Below are positions 1-10,560 of a stretch of 64,000 nt of DNA, piece by piece. The notes beneath the pieces were generated by a model that was not told where the DNA came from, searched no databases, and saw only the letters and a program-made list of their open reading frames with translations. This DNA is from a virus (taxonomy: Duplodnaviria > Heunggongvirae > Uroviricota > Caudoviricetes), in the IMG/VR virus record IMGVR_UViG_3300024333_000003; one strand, 5' to 3'. Each line of letters starts with the position of its first letter. Position 1 is the stretch's first letter. Both the position numbers and the translations under genes were made by a program.

Positions 1-651
1 AGTTTTATGTAACTTACGTGATATTTGTTGTAAGTTTAACTTCGGGGCCCCACCTATTCCAAACCAATACTCTATGACTTTTTGTTCTTCGGGGGTACTA
101 CTCCAATATACAAATTCTACGAGGTCTCTACTTGAATCTGTCATATTCAATTGACTATCAAAGAACGCCTCTTCCTTACCTTGTATGACGTTTAAGTCGG
201 CGCGTAATTCAGCCTGCATACGTTCTACTTCTGCAGGCGACCACTGTAGTTCATCGGCCAGTTCTATTACTGTTGGCTCACGATTTAGTGATTCGGTTAA
301 GTTGGCCTTTATATTTTTAAATTTACTTATGGCTATACCTCGGTTTTCGGGTATTTTTCCAACGTTTTGATACTCAAGCACATATCTATGTAAATGCTTT
401 AACTCATGACCAACATGCGTATTTAATTGCGTACCCATCGTCGGCTTAAAGGTGCTAAACGCCTTTAAAGCCAAAATACGTGCCTGGCTTTCAATTGCGG
501 GTCTAGGTAACGGCGCACCAGTATATTTATTTACATATGATTGTAAAAATGGATCCATTGAACGCAACAACTGATTGGCGAATTGAGGATCACCTGTATG
601 CTTCCATCGCTTCCAAATTGCTATCTCGTTTTGTTTTAAATTATTACTCAT
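1..651 (-). CDS. RNA polymerase sigma-factor-like protein (5' part; runs off window start)
   Basis: Reverse-complement ORF starts ATG at 651-649 and is open to position 1. Translation begins MSNNLKQNEIAIWKRWKHTGDPQFANQLL... It has sigma-70 region-2-like and region-4 HTH-like (EEQKVIEYWFGIGGAPKLNLQQISRKL) segments. Absent from the ORF track because no stop lies in the window. Confidence 0.45.
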   Translation of the reverse strand, partial: MSNNLKQNEIAIWKRWKHTGDPQFANQLLRSMDPFLQSYVNKYTGAPLPRPAIESQARILALKAFSTFKPTMGTQLNTHVGHELKHLHRYVLEYQNVGKIPENRGIAISKFKNIKANLTESLNREPTVIELADELQWSPAEVERMQAELRADLNVIQGKEEAFFDSQLNMTDSSRDLVEFVYWSSTPEEQKVIEYWFGIGGAPKLNLQQISRKLHKT

Positions 652-1630
652 TTTTTAGTGCTTTTCTATATTCATTCAAATATGCAGAATATGCTGCATC
701 CCGGTCTTTCTTCAACTTATCTAGTTTATCATCTGTCATACCTGTTCCTGCTTCGATGCCTATCGCTGCCTCGCGCTTTTCAGTAATTAGTTTAGCTTCG
801 GCTTCCGTTACCTGAGCAACTAAATCATTGTATATCTTTAATAAATTATTCAAAGTTGTTTTTAAAGTCTTCGATGTTGCTATTCCTGGAGTATACTGAT
901 TACGAACATAAGCGTTATAAAAGTTTTCTTCCATTACAGCCCAAGTCATTTGAAACTGTACCAAATACTGATTATTGGTATCTCTAGTTAATTGTAATTG
1001 TACCGGATAACCAATAATTGATGACCGTTCAAAAAACAAGCCTGCTATATTATTCTGTTCCACTAGTTTTGTACCGCGCAACTGCTCATCGTAAAACATT
1101 TGAAATGAGGTAGACCAACGATACTGATCGCGAGTACGCAAAGAAAACATTCTGTCGACATCGGCCAAGCCCAATTCGACCGCCATTAATTCACCGTATA
1201 TGTTGTCATTTGTATAACTTGAGTCTAATGCCTCAATAAGCATACCTTGAATTGTATATACCTTAGTACGCTCGCCGAAGAAAAATAATTTCGATTCTCG
1301 AAATGTCTCAATTATTTGAAATCGCTCCAATTTAGGTTTTGTTATACTTTGCAGAAAGAAATTTTTAGTCATATATTTAATACGACGATCAGTAGCATTA
1401 AATATTGATATAACTGCCGGTTGTTTTATCTCCGATAAATTTATTGTATGAGATTTTTCATTTTGTTCTGTTGAAATCGTTAAAGCATCGTCTGCATCTG
1501 GAGTAACCTGACTTTTTTCGGGTACAGTCATTATACTATTAAGTGAACCACCGGTAGCAGTAACTTTTGAATAAGTATTACTAATTACCGCAGGTATATA
1601 AAATAATGGCATTATTCTAATCCTTTCCAA
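644..1630 (-). CDS. virion structural protein (hypothetical, 328 aa)
   Basis: Long minus-strand ORF co-oriented with and overlapping the adjacent large structural ORFs; no recognisable motif. Confidence 0.5.
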   Translation of the reverse strand: MERIRIMPLFYIPAVISNTYSKVTATGGSLNSIMTVPEKSQVTPDADDALTISTEQNEKSHTINLSEIKQPAVISIFNATDRRIKYMTKNFFLQSITKPKLERFQIIETFRESKLFFFGERTKVYTIQGMLIEALDSSYTNDNIYGELMAVELGLADVDRMFSLRTRDQYRWSTSFQMFYDEQLRGTKLVEQNNIAGLFFERSSIIGYPVQLQLTRDTNNQYLVQFQMTWAVMEENFYNAYVRNQYTPGIATSKTLKTTLNNLLKIYNDLVAQVTEAEAKLITEKREAAIGIEAGTGMTDDKLDKLKKDRDAAYSAYLNEYRKALKNE

Positions 1631-3984
1631 ACAGCTACGGCCGGGTTTGTAGCTTTAAAAATATTTAATATCATGTTTTGTCGTTCTCGTATAAAAGGTC
1701 TAGGAGAATCCATGTCAACTTGCCCTACGAAGTAAGGTTTTCCTGCGGAGTCACATAGTGATCTAGCGGTTAGTTTATCTACTGCATTTGATAATCCAGA
1801 CATTAATTCTTTTAACGTAGCTAATCGTCGATATGTCAAATCATCTGTGAACTTTTTTAGGGTCGCCGTATCTTTTATAACATTGTATTTTTCTTGTAAT
1901 TTTGCGGCGCATTTACTTGTAGAAAGTGGATCTATATCTTCGCCCCTAGCGTTTAATTGTAAATTATTAACACAATAATCATAAACTGAACTATCTGAGC
2001 GTCCAGTCAAATACACGTATAACCTTCCACCAACTTCTTTAACATTAAATTCAGATAATGTCGGTGGCAATATGTCTTTATATGGATCAAGGAAATCGGC
2101 GTAACTTTCTGTCGGTAGAGATGTATCAACACAAGATACGTGTGATAAATTTATATTTTGTACTGCTTCTCCTTGCGCACTGATATTTATAATATTTGTA
2201 GTAATTACACCAGTGAGTGGACCAAAGTCTTTTAACAATAATAACGATTGTGCACCACACACTCGATATGGCGAAAAAGTAACACGCAAAGCAGCGGTTC
2301 TGCCTATACGACGCTTCTCTACGTAAATAGTTTCAGCAAGTTGCATTTTATAATTCATTAATGCTTCAGAACCATTACCCATATTCATGCGATCAAATAA
2401 TTTTTTATCTGTATCTATCTTTTCGAAATTTTTATCAGAAGAAATTGCTGCAGGAGATTCAACTTCGGTAGATAACGAATCTTTTACCGCATTCAATAGG
2501 AATGCTTGTTCTAAAGCGCTATCATCTTTTTCCACCAATGACACGACACCACGCATTGCCTCTTCATTGGTGTATTTTAATATATCAATAACATCTTTAT
2601 TTAATACGGCATTATCATTAGATATAGTTTTATTTTGTGACAAAGTTTTAATTTGCTCATTTTCAGTGCTCGCTAATCCAATAGTTTTCTGGTTTTTAAA
2701 AGATTTTATATATTTGTCAAATGTATCCACAACCCAACGTTCGGATTCTTCAGATTTCACGGCGCCTTCTCGCAACGCTTTTCTTGAAGACGCAGTTAAC
2801 TTTGAAAGTTTATTTATTACATCACTGACCAGTATTTTTGCTGGCACAATAATAGCCAACATAGCATTTATAATGATGTTGCCGCTTTCGTCTTTGGTTG
2901 GAATTGTATTGGAAGTATAAATCAATCTAGTTGGTTCATTTCTCCAAGAACGATTCATTTGTATTGTTTCGACGTCATCATCGAAAAATACATTATTGGA
3001 TATGGGCGCCAACAGATTACATTCTGGTGCAACAATAACTTTAGACAAAGTTAATTCAGCAATGTCGCTTAAAGCATCGATTGTTAGAACCGGCGCCGCA
3101 AATTCCTGAAAAGTATATTTAAACGGCTCTAAAATTTTTCGGATAGCTGATGAAACAGGCATTGATCCTGAACTTGCGATACCACGTATACGTTCTTTTA
3201 GATATGCTAGCACGGCAGTACTCTTTGCAAGATTTTCCATAGTGCCAGACCCGATATAATTTATCATTGAATCAAATAATAAACTTTGCATCAAGCCATT
3301 TAAAAACGGGCCATACTTAAACAAAAAGTGATTTATAACTAGTGCAATTCTTGCACGCAATTTTGTACCGCGGTGAAATTTAAAATCCGGCCCCTCCGGC
3401 GGATTATTTTTCCAATATGCTTTTAAACCTGCCATTAATTTATTACGACTATTTGTCGAGCCTAAAACTTGTTCATAATCTTTTATAGTTTTGTCGTCTT
3501 TGGTTGTATCCATAAAGTTCACAAGACTAAGTAATAGTGAAGGAAACTTACTATAATATATCCCCTTTCCATCTGCCCCAGTATTAGTAAAATAATTTAT
3601 ACCGAGCATAACGGATTCAGCTGCCGTTGGGATAGTAGCATCTATCGGTACTATCGGATTTGTATCCCAATTACCTGTAAATCCAGTAAATGTTAACTGC
3701 ACTTCGGATGAGGTCGCTGTACGATTCAGCCCGTTATCAGTGTATTCACCAAAAAATATAACCACTTCTTCATATACAGGTATTCCATCTTTATAACTTT
3801 TAATTTCTTCCAAGGTTATAACACAAATAGTCTTCGGTAAAATATTAAAGATATTTTTTATAGGAACCACATTTATGATAGCGGTTGGTGGTGTTCCGAT
3901 TTGTTCGATTATATGTATATTTGAAAAATCAATTTCTACATTTTCAAGATATACATGACATTTTATTTTTGATGCTGATAGCAT
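1612..3984 (-). CDS. large virion structural protein (790 aa; baseplate/tail component candidate)
   Basis: 790-aa ORF immediately downstream of the tape measure gene on the minus strand, the usual place for distal tail or baseplate proteins. Confidence 0.5.
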   Translation of the reverse strand: MLSASKIKCHVYLENVEIDFSNIHIIEQIGTPPTAIINVVPIKNIFNILPKTICVITLEEIKSYKDGIPVYEEVVIFFGEYTDNGLNRTATSSEVQLTFTGFTGNWDTNPIVPIDATIPTAAESVMLGINYFTNTGADGKGIYYSKFPSLLLSLVNFMDTTKDDKTIKDYEQVLGSTNSRNKLMAGLKAYWKNNPPEGPDFKFHRGTKLRARIALVINHFLFKYGPFLNGLMQSLLFDSMINYIGSGTMENLAKSTAVLAYLKERIRGIASSGSMPVSSAIRKILEPFKYTFQEFAAPVLTIDALSDIAELTLSKVIVAPECNLLAPISNNVFFDDDVETIQMNRSWRNEPTRLIYTSNTIPTKDESGNIIINAMLAIIVPAKILVSDVINKLSKLTASSRKALREGAVKSEESERWVVDTFDKYIKSFKNQKTIGLASTENEQIKTLSQNKTISNDNAVLNKDVIDILKYTNEEAMRGVVSLVEKDDSALEQAFLLNAVKDSLSTEVESPAAISSDKNFEKIDTDKKLFDRMNMGNGSEALMNYKMQLAETIYVEKRRIGRTAALRVTFSPYRVCGAQSLLLLKDFGPLTGVITTNIINISAQGEAVQNINLSHVSCVDTSLPTESYADFLDPYKDILPPTLSEFNVKEVGGRLYVYLTGRSDSSVYDYCVNNLQLNARGEDIDPLSTSKCAAKLQEKYNVIKDTATLKKFTDDLTYRRLATLKELMSGLSNAVDKLTARSLCDSAGKPYFVGQVDMDSPRPFIRERQNMILNIFKATNPAVAVWKGLE

Positions 3985-3993
3985 ATATCCTCG

Positions 3994-6765
3994 TTACCAA
4001 TGTACTTTAACATTTATATAACCAGTGGCTTGATCAGCAGCTTTTTTCAGCGTAGCTGTGTTTGTAATAATTTCTTTCAATGCCGCTGCCTGCGCAGCGT
4101 TACTTTGTGCTTGCATCGTTGCTTCAGGACTTAGTCCTCCAGTCATACCTATTGCGCCGAACTGTTTCATTTGTTTTGCTATTAGATCCAGTTGGTCATT
4201 TACCTTTTTTTGATCTTTCAGCTGATCGTCTACTTTTGCTTTCTCGGCACTAATTCCTGATTCTTGTAATAGATCACTGGTTTGAGAATTGAAAGTATCG
4301 GCACCAGTACCTCGTCCGATAAGCTCGGCGGCGCCACGAGCGACCACAGCGCCAGCGCGGTTTAATGTGGCTGTCAGCCATTTATTTGCTCGAAATGTCT
4401 TACTAACTTCAACACGCGATGCAATATCTTCACGTTCTAGCCCCCATTCATCTAGCCCCCGCGCTATTCCTCGTAAAAAAGAAACTTGCGGGCCTGCTAA
4501 TATATCACTTACTGTTTGCTCTTCTTGTGCCGCAGTAGTTTTGTTATACAATTGTGTTATTCTAGTTGCTTCCCCCTTAGTCATCCCGGGTTTAGCAAAA
4601 TCTTTTATATTTGACACCAACTTTTCATTTATAAGAAGTTGCATTTTTTCTTGTGTCATTGGCTCGGCAAGTCGTTCTTGCAGCGTCTTCTCCGCCGCCG
4701 TGGTTTTTGAATCAACTTGACGTAATTTATTTAAATTTCGATTTATAAAATATTCTCGTGCAAGAGTTGTTTGTTTGTCATTTGCGTCAGACACACTTTC
4801 AAGTATATTTTTTCGTTCATTTTCAGAAGCATATATTAAGTCGACCACCGCTTTTTCAGATCCAAGAACTTTTTGTAAATCATCGAAACGTTCGTGATCT
4901 ATTCCAGTGAACAGGGCGTTTATAGCAGAAGTGCGTGTACGTGTTATATAATCAGGCTCTCTCAATGTTGCGTTACCAAGTACTTTTTCAGCGTATTGTT
5001 CTAATCCTCGCAAAGCCGTAGGTAATCCTAGAAAGTTTCCTGTAGCAGCCATTGTATTACTAATGACATTTGTAAAACGATCAGACATCTGGGCAAGTGT
5101 CGATGGAGCCATATCAACCGCTGTTTGATAGCCGGTATTACGTAGTTTAGCTATATTAACCGTTGCACCTCCTGTAGCCATTCGATATGATGATTCGGCA
5201 TCTGGTAACGACACCCCTAGTGTTGTCTGCGCAAATCCCATAAAATTTTCCATTGTAGGATTTATATTTAACATCTTCATAACTGATGCTATATCTAATC
5301 CGCGCATAGCCGCAAGGACTGTGGGATTTTCATTACTGATTAATTTACCCATACGACCCTGCATTCCCAATATGCCTTCGATTCCCCCGGCACTAAGATT
5401 TGCAACTGCGGTACCAATCGCTTCTTGTGGACTCATACCAACGGTACCCATTAATCCGCCCGATGTCATACCCGCAGCAAAACGAGTAAAGCCATTCATA
5501 CTATTAGCCCATTCGTATCCCATACGAGTTGTATTTAATGTATATTGTTGTATTCCACCATACTGTTGTATTAGTTCCATCGGAACGGTGCCTGCTTCGA
5601 CAAATGATTTAGTACGTAATAATGCATCCATTCCTCCCGCAAACGCTGACCCTAAATTTATCCCGGTACCACGTACCATCTCCGCAGCTTGTTGTGCAAA
5701 TGACATAAATTCTTTTGGTGTATAACCAGCAGCATATGCCATTGTAGCTGTACCTATTGCTGAATTACCGGTTATAGGTCGTCCATACATTTGCATGGTA
5801 TTCATATACTGTAAAGCGTCTTCTTCAGTAAGACGTAATATCTGCATTACTTTGCGATGATTCTCAATCATATCTTTTGCACGAGTTCGATATTCTTCTG
5901 CTGATCTTACAGTATCGAACCCACCAATAGCGGTATATTCCTGCATTACACGTTGTACATCAGTATTTGTAACACCATATCCAACCAATGCCTCGCTTCT
6001 TGCTACAGTTGATAAATCCTGGCCAATCTGTAAAGCTTGCTGTCTTGTGAATCTTCCAGCAAATGTACGCCAAGAAGTATTATATGCAAAATCACGGATT
6101 GCGCTTGCTTGTTCGTAATCTCGTAATATGGTAGTTCCTGCGACATCATATGCCATATCACCTACCATACCTCCGAGTACAGTTCCAATAACACTTCCAA
6201 AAGGTATTGGAGTTAGGCTTCCTGCTATACCACCAAGCATTGAACCGCCTATTCCAAATGTTAACCTGCCTGATTGATTAGCAAATTCATAGCCTGCGCG
6301 TCGTCGGAACTCTCCTGGCGTAAGTGACATTGATGGGTCATATCCCAAACCAATAACATTGGCGGTTAAGTTTTGAAAAACACCGCGGTTATGAAATGAC
6401 GGTATTGGCGCACCTTGTGCAGATGCAAACATGGGTACATCAACCTGTGATAAATAAGATGTCATTACATCGTTATTAAATTTCTGAAATCCAAGACGCA
6501 TGGATTGCATTGCACGATGTACATCGTTCTGCGCATTCTGTGCCGCGCTTATTGTATTATTTATATCTTGCCCTAGCGATATTTGTGCATTTGCCAGCGC
6601 TTGCTGCATTGGGAAAGCAAAAGCTGCGGGTTGTGTTGAAGGAGTAATTGTATTAAATACTTGCGCACCGAGGGCCTGGTCGATTTGTGCGCGTACCTGT
6701 TGTAGTTGAGAAGCTAAATCACTTGTGTCTATTTTTAGTCTATATTCAAGATCTTGATCTGCCAT
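3994..6765 (-). CDS. tail tape measure protein (923 aa)
   Basis: Very long ORF with Gly/Ala-rich hydrophobic core (GGIAGSLTPIPFGSVIGTVLGGMVGD) and extended coiled-coil-like N and C regions. It follows the frameshifted chaperone gene. Confidence 0.6.
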   Translation of the reverse strand: MADQDLEYRLKIDTSDLASQLQQVRAQIDQALGAQVFNTITPSTQPAAFAFPMQQALANAQISLGQDINNTISAAQNAQNDVHRAMQSMRLGFQKFNNDVMTSYLSQVDVPMFASAQGAPIPSFHNRGVFQNLTANVIGLGYDPSMSLTPGEFRRRAGYEFANQSGRLTFGIGGSMLGGIAGSLTPIPFGSVIGTVLGGMVGDMAYDVAGTTILRDYEQASAIRDFAYNTSWRTFAGRFTRQQALQIGQDLSTVARSEALVGYGVTNTDVQRVMQEYTAIGGFDTVRSAEEYRTRAKDMIENHRKVMQILRLTEEDALQYMNTMQMYGRPITGNSAIGTATMAYAAGYTPKEFMSFAQQAAEMVRGTGINLGSAFAGGMDALLRTKSFVEAGTVPMELIQQYGGIQQYTLNTTRMGYEWANSMNGFTRFAAGMTSGGLMGTVGMSPQEAIGTAVANLSAGGIEGILGMQGRMGKLISNENPTVLAAMRGLDIASVMKMLNINPTMENFMGFAQTTLGVSLPDAESSYRMATGGATVNIAKLRNTGYQTAVDMAPSTLAQMSDRFTNVISNTMAATGNFLGLPTALRGLEQYAEKVLGNATLREPDYITRTRTSAINALFTGIDHERFDDLQKVLGSEKAVVDLIYASENERKNILESVSDANDKQTTLAREYFINRNLNKLRQVDSKTTAAEKTLQERLAEPMTQEKMQLLINEKLVSNIKDFAKPGMTKGEATRITQLYNKTTAAQEEQTVSDILAGPQVSFLRGIARGLDEWGLEREDIASRVEVSKTFRANKWLTATLNRAGAVVARGAAELIGRGTGADTFNSQTSDLLQESGISAEKAKVDDQLKDQKKVNDQLDLIAKQMKQFGAIGMTGGLSPEATMQAQSNAAQAAALKEIITNTATLKKAADQATGYINVKVHW

Positions 6766-7050
6766 TGCGTTTTACATAGTTTTTAGGAAACTTCTTTTCA
6801 AGCGCGGATAATTTTTTTATTTTATCTTCAAATTCCTGCTTGGGTAACTTCGTTTTTTGGTATCGTTCGGGAAATGTCAGCTCATCCAAGTGTTGTTGTA
6901 TCTCATTTAGATTTTTTACTTCAGCCGCATTTTCACGATCTACTATTGCCGCATATTTTTGCAGCGAACTATGTATATACGCTAATAGATCTTGTCGTTG
7001 TAATTCATTTAACAGTACATATTCCCGTACTGATCCTTTGCCCCCAGGAT

Positions 7051-7491
7051 TTATACCTTTGATGTAGAGTTGGAGTCTGCGCCTGTTCCTGGGGTCGTAG
7101 TAAAATTTTCCTGTAATGTCTCCGGGGTAATTAATTGCTTCAATTCTTTTTCGAATTTAGTTTGCACTTGTATCATTTCATCGATAACTGCAGTAGGGCG
7201 GTTTTTTACAAACTCCAATGCTACTGCTGTACTGTCGAAGACGGTCTTTTTATCCTTTGTTTCATAAGCTTTTAATACCTGTGCCAACGTTTGAATCGCA
7301 AAAGAATGCAAAACATACACCGAAGCACCTTCAGCCGGTATAGCTTGTTCAATTGCCAGCTGTGTTCCACCTACTAATGAGGCGATAGTTATCTTGGCTA
7401 AACCGCGAATTATTTCTTCGGTAGTAGTTGTTTGACCGTTTATAACAAGATCTTCTAACCACTTTTGTTGTTTTTCTGTTAATTGTGTCAT
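7051..7491 (-). CDS. tail assembly chaperone (G-like); -1 frameshift would extend product to ~6746
   Basis: 146-aa acidic ORF directly upstream of the tape measure gene. Slippery heptamer A AAT TTT in frame (plus coords 7102-7108). The -1 frame stays open ~115 codons with no Met, to a TGA at 6748-6746. Confidence 0.6.
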   Translation of the reverse strand: MTQLTEKQQKWLEDLVINGQTTTTEEIIRGLAKITIASLVGGTQLAIEQAIPAEGASVYVLHSFAIQTLAQVLKAYETKDKKTVFDSTAVALEFVKNRPTAVIDEMIQVQTKFEKELKQLITPETLQENFTTTPGTGADSNSTSKV

Positions 7492-7601
7492 GTATTCTCC
7501 TTATGATATGATTATACTGTTTTTTATAATCAAATGCAAGACTATTATGGTATAAGATTATTGAGTTTCAGGTGTTTTATTATTATAATTAATGAAAAGA
7601 A

Positions 7602-8221
7602 TTGATGAATGTAAATATAAGTGGTGAATTAACCATAACCGATTACACAGAAGACGAGGCACACCAGATAAAAGCGAGCCTTGTGACCGAAAATCCAACC
7701 TGGGTAACGGCTATGAGTATGAACAAAAGTCTGTGGGGGATCGAACCAAAGCTTCGATTTTACACAGAAGCAAACAATACAATAACCGCCCCCGTTGGTT
7801 TCCTTTCGTCATTGAAGATAATAAATCCTAATTTACAGATTGATGATAATCGCTATTATAGCAAAACTCCTATACAAATAGAATTTACCGGGGAGTTACG
7901 AGATTATCAAAAAACTGCAGTAGATGTATTAAGTAATACAACAAACGGGGTTTTATGCTCTATCACGGCTTCAGGAAAAACCGTTATAGCCTGTGCGTTA
8001 CTTGCAAAACTAAAACAACCTACATTGATACTGGTAGATACTATAGAACTTGCGCATCAATTTATTGCGCGATTAAAACAGTTCACCTCAGTAAAGAATA
8101 TAGGAAAAATCGGCGCGGGCGAAAGAAAAATAAAACCAATAACTGTAGGGCTATTACAAAGCGTAAAAAAAATTGATCAATCAGAATTAAATAAATTCGG
8201 AATGATAATATGCGATGAGGT
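7602..8221 (+). CDS. SF2 DEAD/DEAH-box helicase, exon 1 (ends inside motif II DEV|H)
   Basis: Walker A-like TASGKTVIACAL and motif II ...IICDEV. The ORF as tracked runs on into intron sequence (…LTRSTYYV*). Confidence 0.6.
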
Positions 8222-9227
8222 ATTGACAAGGTCCACATATTACGTATAATAACTTATGAAAAATAAAATTAAGATATTATATAAAAGTGGGTTGTCGGCT
8301 TATCAAATAATGCAAAAACTACACATTGCTTCAAAAGAATTAGTATACAATGTTATACATGAAGAAAAATTAACTAGGGACTACGAAGAATGCAGACACC
8401 CTGGTTTGAATAGTCGTTATTTTAAAAATATAGATACAGAAGAAAAAGCGTATATACTTGGATTAATATTCGCCGACGGTTGTGTTAGAAAAAATCGCCC
8501 AGGCATGACCTTAGCACTACATCCGAATGATCTGTACATGTTGCGACGGATTAAAGATATTTTAGGAACCAAGGCAAAGATTCAAATATCAAAACAACCT
8601 TTAGCGGTGTATTATATAAATAATAAACAAATGAGATTAGACGTCATAGCTAAAGGGTGCTTGCCACAAAAATCTCTACGAGGTGGAAAACCCAAAAATA
8701 TTCCTATAAAATACACACATCATTTTATTAGGGGTATATTTGATGGTGATGGTTCGATATATATAAGAAAAGTTCCTCATCTTAGATACTGTTTTGACAT
8801 ATCTGGCAATATCGATGTTGTTTCTTGGTGCCATAAAAGATTAAAACTTTATACTAAGATAACAAAACACCGCTCAATATTTAGATTAGAGACGACTAAT
8901 TTAATTGAAGTTGTTAGAATATTTAATTATTTATATAAAGACAGTACAATTTTTCTAAAGAGAAAAAAAGCATTATTTGAAAAAGCTTGTGCCGCACTTG
9001 ATCGTAAGATCAAAGGTGTAAATCAAGGAAAAACGGTAAAAACCCGTGATGGGCAATACCGTGCTAAACGCAAGGATAGCAAACAGGCCCTGCGCAGTGT
9101 AGAGCATAGGAATTGAATAAATATAATATTCCCAAGAGTCCTTGACATCCTTATAGGATGAAAATATATGCCGAGCTACAAAGTAATTTGTAGAAATTGA
9201 GATAACAACCTCAATGATAACAAAATG
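8222..9227 (+). mobile_element. putative self-splicing (group I-type) intron carrying a LAGLIDADG homing endonuclease
   Basis: Joining gt(8220-8221)+a(9228) restores codon GTA, giving ...ICDEV|HIVPAKTYAEVISKIPAKYKYGLSATPER (motifs II and III). 5' exon ends in U, intron ends in G (9227). An in-frame TGA sits immediately before exon 2. Confidence 0.55.
8256..9116 (+). CDS. LAGLIDADG homing endonuclease (intron-encoded)
   Basis: Two LAGLIDADG motifs: ILGLIFADGCV and IRGIFDGDGSI. Confidence 0.8.
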   Translation: MKNKIKILYKSGLSAYQIMQKLHIASKELVYNVIHEEKLTRDYEECRHPGLNSRYFKNIDTEEKAYILGLIFADGCVRKNRPGMTLALHPNDLYMLRRIKDILGTKAKIQISKQPLAVYYINNKQMRLDVIAKGCLPQKSLRGGKPKNIPIKYTHHFIRGIFDGDGSIYIRKVPHLRYCFDISGNIDVVSWCHKRLKLYTKITKHRSIFRLETTNLIEVVRIFNYLYKDSTIFLKRKKALFEKACAALDRKIKGVNQGKTVKTRDGQYRAKRKDSKQALRSVEHRN

Positions 9228-9924
9228 ACACATCGTACCAGCAAAAACATACGCTGAAGTTATTTCAAAGATACCAGCAAAATATAAATATGGATTATCA
9301 GCCACACCAGAACGAGCTGATGGTCTTACTAAAGTAATATTCTGGTTAACCGGCCCATTGGTACATCAGGTTCCAGATGCCGCTGTTGCAGATAGAATTG
9401 TAAAACCTGTATATGAGTATATAAAAACTTCATATACGTATCCATTATTTGATACGTCAGAATATGGTATCATGATAACGGATATGGGTACTAATGACAT
9501 AAGAAATAAATTAATAGTTGACACCGTAAATAAATATAAAACACAACAATGTGTTCTATTGTGTCATAGACAAGAACATGCTCAGAGACTGGGTGCGTTA
9601 CTACCGGACTCCGTAGTTTTATTATCCAGTGTAAAGAAAAAAGATCGCGCCGCTATTATGCAGCAACTTGAAAGCGGTAAAAAGCGTATTGTTGTTACTA
9701 CCTGGCAATTGTTTCATAAAGGCATCGATCTGAAGGAGCTTGAGATCTTATTTATATGCGCACCAACACGAAGTAAAGTGTGGTTAAAACAAAGCGCCGG
9801 CAGACTAATGCGAGTTTCAAATAAGATAAAAAAGAATCCAGTCATTATTGATTTTGCGGATGTAAATATAGATTTACTAAAATTCCAATGGTATGCAAGA
9901 AAGAGAGTATTTACACAACTATGA
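9228..9924 (+). CDS. SF2 helicase, exon 2 (motif III LSATPER plus helicase C-terminal domain)
   Basis: Frame open from 9229 with no stops. Contains GLSATPER and C-terminal helicase motifs (VVTTWQLFHKGIDL, QSAGRLMR). Confidence 0.6.
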
Positions 9925-10116
9925 TTATGACCAAGTACAGACGCAATTTTACAACATGCAAAATAATATTGAAACCAGAAGAATCACACTGTTTATTAAT
10001 ATATATTCTTTACTTTCTTGGAATAAAAATTACTACTATAAAAGAAACATATAACACGTTATTGGACGCTGAAAATGCGTATGATTATTTATGTAAATAT
10101 CATGAAAGGTTAAAAT

Positions 10117-10560
10117 ATGGTTGTGTCGATAAATAAAGCAGATAACGAGGCACAATTGCGGATATTACGAACACCAGCTACTCGTGGTGAAGTGGGCCCA
10201 GCGGCCTTGTTGGCAGTAGATTTAATAGACACCGCTAAGAACTATGAAATATGTATGGGGCTGGCAAGTAATCAAATCTGGACAAAAGAAAATGAGCCCA
10301 TACCGCATGTATTTGTAGTAAATATTTCTGATAATTGGAAAGTATTTATAAATGCAACGGCAAAAAGATCGGGTAAATACTTCTCGTTTGAAGAAGGATG
10401 TATGTCAAAACCCGGGTATAAGAAAAGATGTATTCGTCGAGAAATCGTTACCGTATCATATATGGATGAGGAAGGTACTCCACACGTTGATAAATTTGTC
10501 GGTATGCCGGCAATTATTATACAACATGAGTTGGATCATATGACCGGAAAATTAATTTAA
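10117..10560 (+). CDS. def: peptide deformylase
   Basis: GLASNQIW (GxGxAAxQ-like), EGCMS (EGCLS) and QHELDH (HExxH) motifs. Confidence 0.8.
   Translation: MVVSINKADNEAQLRILRTPATRGEVGPAALLAVDLIDTAKNYEICMGLASNQIWTKENEPIPHVFVVNISDNWKVFINATAKRSGKYFSFEEGCMSKPGYKKRCIRREIVTVSYMDEEGTPHVDKFVGMPAIIIQHELDHMTGKLI

Noticed and set aside
4289-6709. Plus-strand ORFs antisense to the tape measure gene (4289-4720, 5321-5725, 6500-6709)
   Set aside because: They are Cys/Ser-rich low-complexity translations of the antisense strand of a long, well-supported minus-strand gene.
8222-9227. Helicase expressed as two separate polypeptides split by a free-standing homing endonuclease
   Set aside because: Motif III (LSATPER) in the second part has no in-frame start codon. 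The junction precisely regenerates the split Val codon and the DEVH motif with a U/G splice-site context, which favours splicing. It is still unproven.
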